Assembly: GCA_965207735.1 (NCBI GenBank)
Contig: OZ242296.1
Span: 1,696,001-1,760,000 of the forward strand
From: Candidatus Versatilivorator sp.
GTDB taxonomy: Bacteria; Acidobacteriota; Terriglobia; Versatilivoradales; Versatilivoraceae
DNA: 64,000 nt
Reading direction: 5' to 3'
In this document: positions 49,035 to 57,388 of the stretch, in pieces
Layout: each line of letters opens with the position of its first letter
Numbering within the stretch: the stretch's first letter is position 1
Program-made: the position numbers and the translations under genes
Notes under the pieces: generated by a model
The model's database searches: none
Told to the model about the DNA's origin: nothing
Seen by the model: only the letters and a program-made list of their open reading frames with translations

Positions 49035-49760
49035 TCACACCTGCTTCCCCACCCACCTGACTTCGCCGAAAACCTTGGCGCCGCCAGGCCAGGGGACCGG
49101 GTCCCATGCGGGGTTGTCGCTGACCAACCGCCAGTTGCCGCCGGAGTCCCTGTCCATACGCTTGACCAACATGCCCTCATTGGTCTGGAGAACAAAGATT
49201 CGGCCCTCCTTGAGCTGCGCCCGGTTGCGGTCGACCAGAATGGCGGAGCCGTCGGGGAGGGTGGGCGCCATCGACTCTCCCTTGACGCCGACGACAGTGC
49301 ACTGCTGGGGGTAGAGGCCGTTGCGGTCGAGCCAGCTTCGAGTAAAGGTGATATAGCCGGCCACGGACTCGTTCGGCTCTTCATTGGCACCGGCAGCGGC
49401 TGCCAGCTGTTTGATCGCTATGTGGCGGTTTTCGGCCGGGACTTCCGCATCCTTGGGCCGGGGTTGGCCGAGGAGTAGGGTAAGGTCGCGCCGGATGTCT
49501 TCCCGAAGCCGCCGGGCCCAGTCGGGGCGCTTCTCGACAGCGGGCACCCCCTCGGGCGACTCGACGGGATCATCCATAGGGGCTGTCTGGAGCCGAAGGC
49601 CCAGCACACGGCAGATAGCTTCCAGCGAATCCAGGCGCGGGGAGGAGCCGCGGCGGATGTTGCGAACGGTATCGGAGCTACCGGTAGCCAGGATGGACAA
49701 GTGGCGATCGGAAACGCCACACCGATCGATTAGGTCGAGGAGGTGTCGCCGAAAACTCAT
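49035..49760 (-). CDS. CI/LexA-like repressor (HTH + S24 peptidase)
   Basis: N-terminal HTH (..VRNIRRGSSPRLDSL), AAGA cleavage-like site, catalytic VKGESM and LVKR motifs. Confidence 0.88.
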   Translation of the reverse strand: MSFRRHLLDLIDRCGVSDRHLSILATGSSDTVRNIRRGSSPRLDSLEAICRVLGLRLQTAPMDDPVESPEGVPAVEKRPDWARRLREDIRRDLTLLLGQPRPKDAEVPAENRHIAIKQLAAAAGANEEPNESVAGYITFTRSWLDRNGLYPQQCTVVGVKGESMAPTLPDGSAILVDRNRAQLKEGRIFVLQTNEGMLVKRMDRDSGGNWRLVSDNPAWDPVPWPGGAKVFGEVRWVGKQV

Positions 49761-49837
49761 GAGGTAATTATACCACAAAATCGAATAGCAAAAACAAAAG
49801 GACTTGAATCACGGTTTTATAACCGTATAGTAGCGGA
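49761..49837. promoter_or_regulatory. Divergent leaderless promoters with operator palindrome
   Basis: Minus strand: TGGTATAAT, 6 nt, ATG. Plus strand: TTGAAT-N16-TATAGT, 6 nt, ATG. Inverted repeat ACGGTT-TTAT-AACCGT at 49811-49826. Confidence 0.7.
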
Positions 49838-50137
49838 ATGACTCACCGCGAGGTTCTCCTGACCCTGTTCGAGTGCTATTGCCGGAGGGCGAATCTCAGC
49901 CAGGCGCGGGTCTCGACCCTGGTCTTCAACCACGGTGGGCGCATTGCCAGGATCCGGGCAGGGCGGGACTTCACCATCGGCAGCTACGTGCGAGCCCTGC
50001 GGTGGTTTTCCAACCACTGGCCGGAGGAGCTTCACTGGCCGGCAGGCATAGAGCGCCCCCCTCGGGCCGGCCAGCGCGGTGAGGCGGCGGCAACCGCGCG
50101 GGTCGCCGCCCCGGGAAGCGGAAAAGAGGTGGGCTAA
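49838..50137 (+). CDS. Cro-like small DNA-binding protein
   Basis: Divergent from the CI-like gene. The SQARVSTLVFNHG...RAGRD...ALRWFS.HWP...WP pattern resembles phage Cro-like proteins. Confidence 0.7.
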   Translation: MTHREVLLTLFECYCRRANLSQARVSTLVFNHGGRIARIRAGRDFTIGSYVRALRWFSNHWPEELHWPAGIERPPRAGQRGEAAATARVAAPGSGKEVG

Positions 50138-50281
50138 TCCTGCGACAAGTCCCCCCCTGTCGGGCGGAACATTCAGAGAATAACCGACTGATCGTCAGTT
50201 ATAGGCGAACCACGAATAGGCACGAAGACCGATGGACCTCCTTCAACCACAAGGTGTCACGACGTCAGGGGAGAAAGCCCC

Positions 50282-50306
50282 CCGGGAGCGCGGGCGTCCC
50301 GCCCGC
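50282..50306 (+). repeat. REP-like palindrome
   Basis: CCGGGAGCGCGGGCGTCCCGCCCGC, identical to 51100-51124. Confidence 0.8.
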
Positions 50307-50480
50307 CCCAAAGCCTCTCGCAGTCTCGGCCCTCTCCTTCACCCGGGTCGACCGGCTGCAGCATCGCAGGGAAACTGAGCGGCAACCCAAGGGACAGGAC
50401 TAGAGGCCGCTGCACGAAACGCTGACTCAGGCGGGTGCGACTTGATGAAAAATGGGAGTTCACCACAAAAAGCACAAAAG

Positions 50481-50616
50481 TCACAAAACGAATTTCTTGA
50501 TTTTCGAGTCCTCACGATCCGAAGTTGATCCCCATGGCGTCGCGTTGACCGGATGTAGGCAGATAGCGCGGAACTTGTGCGACATGTTCGGGAGTCAACT
50601 CCTTGCAGGCTTTCAG
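50481..50616 (-). pseudogene. C-terminal remnant of a GxxExxY (PD-(D/E)XK-like) protein gene
   Basis: Translates LKACKELTPEHVAQVPRYLPTSGQRDAMGINFGS*GLE/IKKFVL*, matching the GxxExxY ELK..H.AQ...YL......INFG pattern, with an internal stop and a frameshift. Confidence 0.65.
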
Positions 50617-50679
50617 TGTTCTGCTCTTTTTGTGTTTTTTGTGCCTTTTGTGGCCATTCCCGGCAATGGTCCCGCTGCT

Positions 50680-50697
50680 GAATATTGCAAAAGGCTC
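50680..50697 (-). mobile_element. Solo terminal inverted repeat of the IS5-like family
   Basis: GAATATTGCAAAAGGCTC matches the IS TIR at 17/18 positions; no partner end found. Confidence 0.7.
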
Positions 50698-50822
50698 GAG
50701 AGTGAAACAATCAGTAATCGACCATCCCTTCGCGACCTTGGTATCCCGTCGCGGTGAACCTCAGCGCCTTAGTGGCTCTTCGTCGTTCTTCGTGGCCCTT
50801 CGTGGATAAGTCTTTTTCTTTT

Positions 50823-51357
50823 GAGCCATTTGCAAAATTCTTCGGTAAGCGGAATTGATTACCGGGAAGGGTTGTGATCCCCGGGAGGTCGCGTCTGCCC
50901 TCCTCTGGATCGACGGCGGGCGGAGCACTCTCGGGACGCCGCGTTGGCCCCCCTCCGGATCAGCCTTCGCCATTCGGCTCGGCTTCTCCGACTCCCCCTC
51001 AAGGGGGGAGTGATACTTGAGCGCTGAACCAGGCTCCTTGCCTGATTCCGGGGCATGATGTAAATGATGTTCTCGGTTTAGGGTGTCGAGGATGCCCCCC
51101 CGGGAGCGCGGGCGTCCCGCCCGCACCATGTCGGGCACAGCCTTGGCCATCTCCGCCACTCGGATCGACCCGGAACTGCGCCCTGGGTCTGCTTCGGTTT
51201 GACCGTTGAGGTTGCCGCCGACAGGCCGGCACCCTTCAGCACCGGACGAAGGCTCAGCGCCAGCCAAAGGAATGGGGCATAAGGATGCAGGCGGGACGCC
51301 CGCGCTCCCGGGGGGCTTTTGGGCGGCCCGTGCAGATCCGAATTTTGCAAAGGGCTC
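50823..51357. mobile_element. 535-bp non-autonomous MITE with IS5-like TIRs carrying REP modules
   Basis: Ends GAGCCATTTGCAAAATTC / GAATTTTGCAAAGGGCTC, TTTT on both flanks, no transposase. Internal REPs at 50947-51014, 51100-51125 and 51286-51311. Confidence 0.85.
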
Positions 51358-51512
51358 TTTTGTCTCTTGTCGTTTGTTTCAGACAAGCCGGCCCCCGCCC
51401 TGCCGTGCGGATCATTCGAGAGTGAAACAATCAGAAATCGACAATCCTTTCGCGAACTTGGTATCCCGTCGCGGTTAACCTCAGCGCCTTAGTGGCCCTT
51501 CGTCGTTCTTCG

Positions 51513-53506
51513 GTAGAGTCGAGGGGAGGCGCGCCGGCCTTAGATCGAGGGAGTCGCTGTTGCCGGCGGCTTTCGCCACTCGCCGGTGCCTCAATCTCGT
51601 TCCTCGCTGCGTTTCCTCGCCCCCGCTCGTCAAACCGGACGTGCGGTTTTCCCGCATCCGGCTTTCAGTCAAGATCATGCCTTCGCCCTCGGAAGGCTCT
51701 GTGGCTTCGACCCCAGGCAAGTGAGTCCATAGGTTTTCCATAGTCTCTCGTCCGAGAAGCGCACACTCCCCCCGGTCCTCACCTTGTGCTTCCGACAGAG
51801 CCACTGACGCAGCCGCCCGCCCGCGTGGCGGTCGATCGCTCGGTAGGCCGGGCTCACCTGCCCCAGAACGAAGTAGTTCGCCCACCCGGTCATCGCCCGG
51901 TTCAGGTGTTCTACCATCTGTCCTCGAAGCAGCGTCCCGTTCCTCGGCGCCGTCCACTCGCTGATCTTGCGGCAGATGCTCTGGACGCTCGCCTGGCTGG
52001 GTCGTGTGCCGATGTAGGCTCCTTTCCCTTTGGGGCGATAGTTGCGTCCGATGCGATATCCCAGAAACCCCATCGGTTCCTCCGGACACCGCAAGCATCG
52101 GGTCTTCCGCTCGTTGACCGGTAGCTTCAGCTCCTCCATGATCCGCTTGACCGCCGTCAGCATCTCTGCCGCCGGTGCCCTGCCGAGTACACGGAAGTCA
52201 TCCGCATAGTTGACGATCTCCGCACAGAAGCGCCGGGCATATCCCAGCACCTTCCAGCCCAAAACGAAGCGCCGCATGTAGAGATTGCTGAGCAACGGTG
52301 AGATCGGGGCTCCTTGCGGTGTCCCCTTCCGCTCCCGGCGCCCTCGGTTCCGGCGGCGTCTGCCACCCTTCCCGTCGTCCTCCTCCACCGGCATCTCCAG
52401 CCATGCCTTGATGAGCTTGAGCATCCTCCCGTCACTCACGCGCCGGGCAATGCTCCGAATCAGCTCCGCATGCGGAATCTCGCCGAAGTAGTTGGACAGG
52501 TCGCCGTCAACCACCTCCTGGTAACCCCTTTGCAGGAGTTCATGCACGCGTTTGACCGCGTCGTTGGCACTCCGCCCCGCCGATAGCCATATTGCTCCGG
52601 TTGCAGGTCCGCTTCGAAGATCGGCTCCAACACCAGCAAAGCCGCCGTCTGCGCTACCCGGTCCCGTATGCAGGGTATGCCCAAAGGCCGGAACTTGCCG
52701 GGCTGTTTCTTCGGGATCAGCACCTGCCGCACCGGCTTCGGTACGTAGGTTCCTTCCCTCAGATCCCGCGCCAGTTCCCCCAGCCAGCCCTCCACCCCAT
52801 ACGCCTCGATGTCCTTGAAGCCCTCCCCGTCCACCCCGGCCGACCCGCCGTTTCGGCGTACCTGTGCCCAGGCTTCCTTCAGAAAGTCCTCTCGCCACAC
52901 CTTGTCCGACAGCGCATGAAACCGCCGCTTGGGGTCCTCCTTCGCTTTCGCATGTAGCATGGTCTGGAATTTCCGAACCCCCTCTGACCCTGTTAGACTT
53001 TTGTCAGTGGCCACGCCTTGCCTCCTTTCCATGCTGCTCTCAACTCAGGGTCCCTTCCCTCCACCGGCGTTACCCGGCTTCTCCGGTACTACCGACCCAT
53101 CCGCCACCCTGACGGCCCGGCCTGCCCCTCGCGGGGTCCCGGTTGATGTGTGCCGCATCTCCCCCAGGGCTTCCCGTGTTGCTGCCTTCTTCCCCTTCCA
53201 TGCGTGCCAGCGTCACTACCCCGACGGAAGCGGATCGGTGCCCGCGTCGCTCTCTTCCCCATCCGCCAACGGCCTTCCCCTAAAGACAGGAGGGTCGGCT
53301 TCCGTATTGTCCGTTTCGAGGCCTGCTCGACGTTCACTCGCGTTCCGGCCCGCATGCTCGCTGAGCCGCCCTTGGCGGCCCTTGACGCCAGAGTGCTTCA
53401 GACCATTTCGTTACCTCCATGATCCGCCCTGGCTGCTACCAACCGGAGCGACAGTTGTTGGGCGGGGTTCGCACCCGCCAGAAGAAGGCGCCTTTCCACG
53501 GCGCAC
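51513..53506 (-). mobile_element. Group II intron (1994 nt)
   Basis: 5' end GTGCG, 3' end CTCGACTCTAC, domain V AAGCCGGATGCGGGAAAACCGCACGTCCGGTTT (51632-51664). Removing it restores the array unit with no target duplication. Confidence 0.93.
51675..53014 (-). pseudogene. ltrA: Group II intron reverse transcriptase/maturase, frameshifted near 52580; no HNH domain
   Basis: RPLGIP..RDRVAQ, QYGYR / GRSA.DA split across frames (1 nt short of YGYRPGRSA), GTPQGAPISPLL, YADD, GWANYF; AAAGGAGG RBS before GTG at 53014. Confidence 0.88.
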
Positions 53507-53536
53507 TGTCCCTTCGTGGATAAGTCTTTTTCTTAT

Positions 53537-55023
53537 GAGCCTTTTGCAAAATTCGCAGATAGCGGGAATTTTCACGTGGGGAAAGATCAAGGAGGGCAGG
53601 TGGAAGGAGGGGCAAGACCACTGTCTGTTGTATCATGAAGGTGTCTGAACCACATGATGAACGGAGGTGGAACTTGCCCCTTAGGGAAACCCTATCACGA
53701 CACTGGTTCCGGTTTCAACGAGAGCTGTTTCCCCTGCTGGAGGAAGTTTTGGGGCCTCTGGGAGAGCGTTACCAGCGGCTGGTGCAGGTATTGGAGTTGG
53801 TGCGGGTGGAGGAGTTGCTGCCTTACAGTCGGGGCTGGCGTGGCCGGCCGCTGGAGGATCGGGCAGTGCTGGCGCGAGCCTATCTGGCGAAGTCGATGCT
53901 GGAGGTGGCGACCACGCGGGGATTGGTGGAGCGGCTGAGGAGTGAGGGGAGGCTGCGGCGGCTGTGCGGCTGGGAGAGGGCGTGGGAGGTACCGAGCGAG
54001 TCGACCTTCTCGCGGGCCTTTGCGGAATTCGCTGAGAGCGACCTGCCGGGGCGTTTGCACGAGGCATTGCTGGAGGAGACGCTGAAGGGCCACTTGGCGG
54101 GGCATGTGTCGAGGGACTCGACGGCGATTGCGGGACGGGAAAAGCCAGCGGCCAAGGCTGCGCCGGAGGCCAAGCGGAAACGCCGGCGGGGCCGGCCGCC
54201 GAAGGGCGAGCGACGGCCCAAGCGGTTGAGCCGGCTGGAGCGGCAGGGGTCGATGACGCTGGAGGAAATGTTGAAGGAGTTGCCCAAGGCCTGCGACATC
54301 GGCGTCAAGCGCAACGCCAAGGGGCATCAGGAGAGCTGGACCGGCTACAAGCTACACCTCGACGCCATTGACGGCGGGATTCCGGTCAGTTGTCTGCTGA
54401 CCTCGGCCTCGGTGCATGACTCTCAGGCAGCCATTCCGCTGGCGACGCTGACGGCAAGGCGGGTCGAGAGTCTCTACGACTTGATGGACAGCGCCTACGA
54501 TGCGCCGGAGATCCGGGCCTTCAGTGAGAAGCTGGGGCATGTGCCGATTATTGACGTCAACCCCCGCCGAAGAGCTACCTTGAAAGCCGAGCGGAAGCGG
54601 GAGGCACTGGCCCGGCGCTGTATCGGCCAAGTGACTCCCGAGGCGCGGCGCTACCGGGAACGCTCGACGGTGGAGCGGGTCAACGGACGGCTCAAGGAGG
54701 AGTTTGGCGGGAGGCAGGTGAGGGTTCGCGGCCCCGACAAGGTGAGGTGCCACCTGATGTTCGGCATTCTGGCCCTGACGGTGGATCAGTTGATGCGCCT
54801 GACGCTCTGAAGACCGGGTTGCCACCCCCAACCGCACAGCAGGTTCGCCCGCCTCAAGGCCGGGAGAGGGTAAGCTGTGCCTGCGTCCGGCGACCGCTGG
54901 CCATCCGGCCATCAGATTCGGGCTTTTTCCTTCAAAAGGGTCTTTGCAGCTGGGTAGTCACCGCCGGAACATCACTGTTGCCAGCCCAATGTCATGCCCG
55001 ATTCCGAATTTTGCAAAAGGCTC
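53537..55023 (+). mobile_element. IS5-like insertion sequence, 1487 bp, copy 2
   Basis: Same TIRs as copy 1; TTAT target duplication (53533-53536 / 55024-55027); transposase identical to copy 1. Confidence 0.95.
53635..54810 (+). CDS. DDE transposase, identical to 3062-4237
   Basis: Identical 391-aa translation. Confidence 0.92.
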   Translation: MKVSEPHDERRWNLPLRETLSRHWFRFQRELFPLLEEVLGPLGERYQRLVQVLELVRVEELLPYSRGWRGRPLEDRAVLARAYLAKSMLEVATTRGLVERLRSEGRLRRLCGWERAWEVPSESTFSRAFAEFAESDLPGRLHEALLEETLKGHLAGHVSRDSTAIAGREKPAAKAAPEAKRKRRRGRPPKGERRPKRLSRLERQGSMTLEEMLKELPKACDIGVKRNAKGHQESWTGYKLHLDAIDGGIPVSCLLTSASVHDSQAAIPLATLTARRVESLYDLMDSAYDAPEIRAFSEKLGHVPIIDVNPRRRATLKAERKREALARRCIGQVTPEARRYRERSTVERVNGRLKEEFGGRQVRVRGPDKVRCHLMFGILALTVDQLMRLTL

Positions 55024-55157
55024 TTATGTCTTTTTTCGGTTGTTTCAGGCAAGCCGGGCCCCCCGCCCTAGTGTGCGGATCATGCATAGAGTGAAACAAT
55101 CGGAAATCGACCATCCCTTCGCGAACTTGGCACCCCGTCGCGGCCAACCTCAGCGCC

Positions 55158-57380
55158 TTAGTGCCCCTTCGTCGTTCTTCGTGCCCCTTCGTGGATAAGT
55201 CTTTTTCTTTTGTCGTTTTGTCGTTTGTCGGTTGTTTCAGACAAGGCGAAAGCGACGTAGCTTCCGCCGGAGGGGGCTCCGCTCTTGCCTCCCCCGGCCG
55301 CAATCACCACGAACTGGCGCCCCGACACTTCATAGGTGGCCGGGGTTGCGTTTCCCGAGGCCGGTAGCAGAGTTTCCCACAATAGGCGTCCATCGGCCTT
55401 GTCGAAGGCCCGGAACTTGCGGTCGAAGTTGCTGGCGCCGATAAACACAAGCCCGCCCGCCGTCACAATGGGGCCGCCGTAGTTCTCCGACCCGGTCCCC
55501 ACCATTCCCCTTGCCGCCAGCTCCGGGATTTCACCCAAGGGAACCTGCCAGACGATCTCGCCCTTGTCGAGGTCGATGGCGTTGAGGATTCCCCAAGGCG
55601 GTTTCACTGCCGGGTAGCCTTCCGGATCCAGGAAGCGGTTGTAGCCGTCATGACCGTAGGGCAGGCGGTAGAGTGGCCTGCCGGCCCGGTCCGCGGGGAC
55701 CGAGGCGTCCTTGCCGTAGAGAACAAACCCCAGGATGGCCTCCAACGCGTCCTCCCCCAGGTGGGCAAAACCCGGCATGCGGCCCCCGCCCTGGCGCAGG
55801 GTCCGCCGCACCATCTCCTGCGAACGGCGTTTTCCCAGGTCCACCAGCGAGGGAAACTCCGGGGGGGCGCCGCTACGGTCCTGACGGTGGCAGCCGCTGC
55901 AGTTCCACTGGTAGAGCTGCTTGGCGGTGACGGGGCCGGCGACCGCTTCCCTCGCCACCAGCCGCAGGATCCAGGCCATCTCGCTGGAGTTGACATACAA
56001 CCGTCCCGATTCCGGATCGAAAGCTGCCCCGCCCCACTGCCCCCCTCCGTCGAAACCCGGAAAGAGAACGGTCCCCTCCAGACTGGGAGGAGTGAACTGG
56101 GGTCCGTTGCGCAGCTTGCGGAAGCGCTTCAACACCTCCCGGCGCGCTTCCGGAGTGCGGTCGGTTAACAGGTTTTCCGTCAGGTGCTGGCGGGCAAACG
56201 GAGGCGGCTTCGAAGGAAGGACCTGGGTGGCGGCCAGCCGTTCTCCCGGGACGCCGGCGACCGGAACTTTGACTTCCCTGAGCGGGAACAGCGGACGGCC
56301 GGTCACCCGGTCGAAGGTGAAGACGTGTCCGGACTTGGTGATCTGGGCCACGGCGTCAACCGGCCTGCCCTCCCTCACCACCGTCACCAGGCCGGGAGGA
56401 GCCGGCAGGTCCCTGTCCCACACGTCATGCCTGACCACTTGAAAGTGCCAGACCCGCTCGCCGGTTTCGGCCTTCAGGCAGAGCAACGAGTTGGCGAAGA
56501 GGTTGTGGCCGGAACGGTTCCCGCCGAAAAAGTCGAAAGCCGCCGAGCCGGTGGGAACGTAGACCAGGCCGCGCTGCTCGTCCAGGCTCATGCCGGCCCA
56601 GCTATTGGCCCCGCCGGCGGTTTTCCAGGCCTGCCCGGGCCAGGTTCGATGGCCCGGTTCGCCCGGACGGGGAATGGTTCGGAACCTCCAGCGGAGCTTG
56701 CCGCTGCGGGCGTCGTAGGCTCGAATGTCCCCGGGGGCGCTCGGCAGGCTCTCACCCACCGTGCTGCCGAGGATGAGCAGGTCCCGGTAGACAACCCCGG
56801 GCGTGGTCAGAGAAACGGTGATCGAATCGGGTGGCCGCCCCAGGTGGCGCCTCAGGTCGATAAATCCCCGATCCCCGAAGTCCAGGCAGGACTTGCCGGT
56901 GGCCGCGTCCAGGGCATAGAGCCGGTGCCAGTAGGAGAAGTAGATCCGTGCCTGGGCACCCCGGCTCCAGTACATCAATCCCCGAATGCGAACCCTGTCG
57001 CGGGGAGTCCCGCCCGGAATGGACGGCCGGAAAGACCAGATCTCCCTGCCGGTGGCCGCGTCAAGCGCGAAGACCCGCCCTCGGGGACTGGTGGCATACA
57101 GCCGCTCACCCACCACCAGGGGATTGCATTGCATCTCCGAGCCCGGAAAGGCATCCCCCGTATCGTAGGTCCAGGCGACCCGCAATCGGTGCAGGTTGCG
57201 GCGGTTGATCTGAGCGAGGCGGGAGTAGCGGATCTGCCGGTTGCCGCCTCCGTAGGCGCTCCACTGGTCGTGGCCCGCCCTGGGCAGTTCGCGGCCGGGT
57301 TTCCCGGTCCGTGCCAAAGGAACCCAGGCGACCGAAGCCGCAACCGCCAACAAACAGGCCAGCAGTGCACGGTTTTCCAT
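55158..57380 (-). CDS. PQQ-dependent dehydrogenase with cytochrome c domain
   Basis: PQQ beta-propeller repeats (ALDAATG..W), HDVWDRD, CSGCH heme motif and YGGP.VTAGG. The C-terminal tail is encoded by the repeat unit. Confidence 0.88.
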   Translation of the reverse strand: MENRALLACLLAVAASVAWVPLARTGKPGRELPRAGHDQWSAYGGGNRQIRYSRLAQINRRNLHRLRVAWTYDTGDAFPGSEMQCNPLVVGERLYATSPRGRVFALDAATGREIWSFRPSIPGGTPRDRVRIRGLMYWSRGAQARIYFSYWHRLYALDAATGKSCLDFGDRGFIDLRRHLGRPPDSITVSLTTPGVVYRDLLILGSTVGESLPSAPGDIRAYDARSGKLRWRFRTIPRPGEPGHRTWPGQAWKTAGGANSWAGMSLDEQRGLVYVPTGSAAFDFFGGNRSGHNLFANSLLCLKAETGERVWHFQVVRHDVWDRDLPAPPGLVTVVREGRPVDAVAQITKSGHVFTFDRVTGRPLFPLREVKVPVAGVPGERLAATQVLPSKPPPFARQHLTENLLTDRTPEARREVLKRFRKLRNGPQFTPPSLEGTVLFPGFDGGGQWGGAAFDPESGRLYVNSSEMAWILRLVAREAVAGPVTAKQLYQWNCSGCHRQDRSGAPPEFPSLVDLGKRRSQEMVRRTLRQGGGRMPGFAHLGEDALEAILGFVLYGKDASVPADRAGRPLYRLPYGHDGYNRFLDPEGYPAVKPPWGILNAIDLDKGEIVWQVPLGEIPELAARGMVGTGSENYGGPIVTAGGLVFIGASNFDRKFRAFDKADGRLLWETLLPASGNATPATYEVSGRQFVVIAAGGGKSGAPSGGSYVAFALSETTDKRQNDKRKRLIHEGARRTTKGH

Positions 57381-57388
57381 GGTCCCTG

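Larger units (their letters stand above)
50698..55245. repeat. Tandem array of three ~180-bp units interrupted by a MITE, a group II intron and an IS
   Basis: Units start at 50698, 51418 and 55087 (AGAGTGAAACAATC...CTCAGCGCCTTAGTG...CTTCGTCGTTCTTCGTG.CCCTTCGTGGATAAGTCTTTTTC...TTGTTTCAG.CAAG). After removing insertions they are 181, 184 and 159 bp. Confidence 0.9.

Noticed and set aside
49035-50137. Prophage
   Set aside because: Only the two regulators are present; there are no integrase, terminase, capsid or replication genes.
50257-51478. Short ORFs in the repeat hotspot as real genes
   Set aside because: They are translations of REP, MITE and periodic repeats; only the GxxExxY remnant has family motifs.
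51675-53014. DGR, retron or defence-associated reverse transcriptase
   Set aside because: The RT lies within canonical group II intron boundaries with domains V/VI and a maturase region. No TR/VR pair with adenine-specific differences and no msr-msd were seen.
4336-53536. Composite transposon or completed inversion between the IS copies
   Set aside because: Each IS has its own matching target duplication, and the enclosed region carries housekeeping genes such as priA and pdxH.
50698-55245. CRISPR array, type III TA RNA array or integron cassette array
   Set aside because: The units are ~180 bp and similar along their whole length, with no unique spacers. No cas, toxN or intI gene and no attC-type ends with cassette ORFs were seen.
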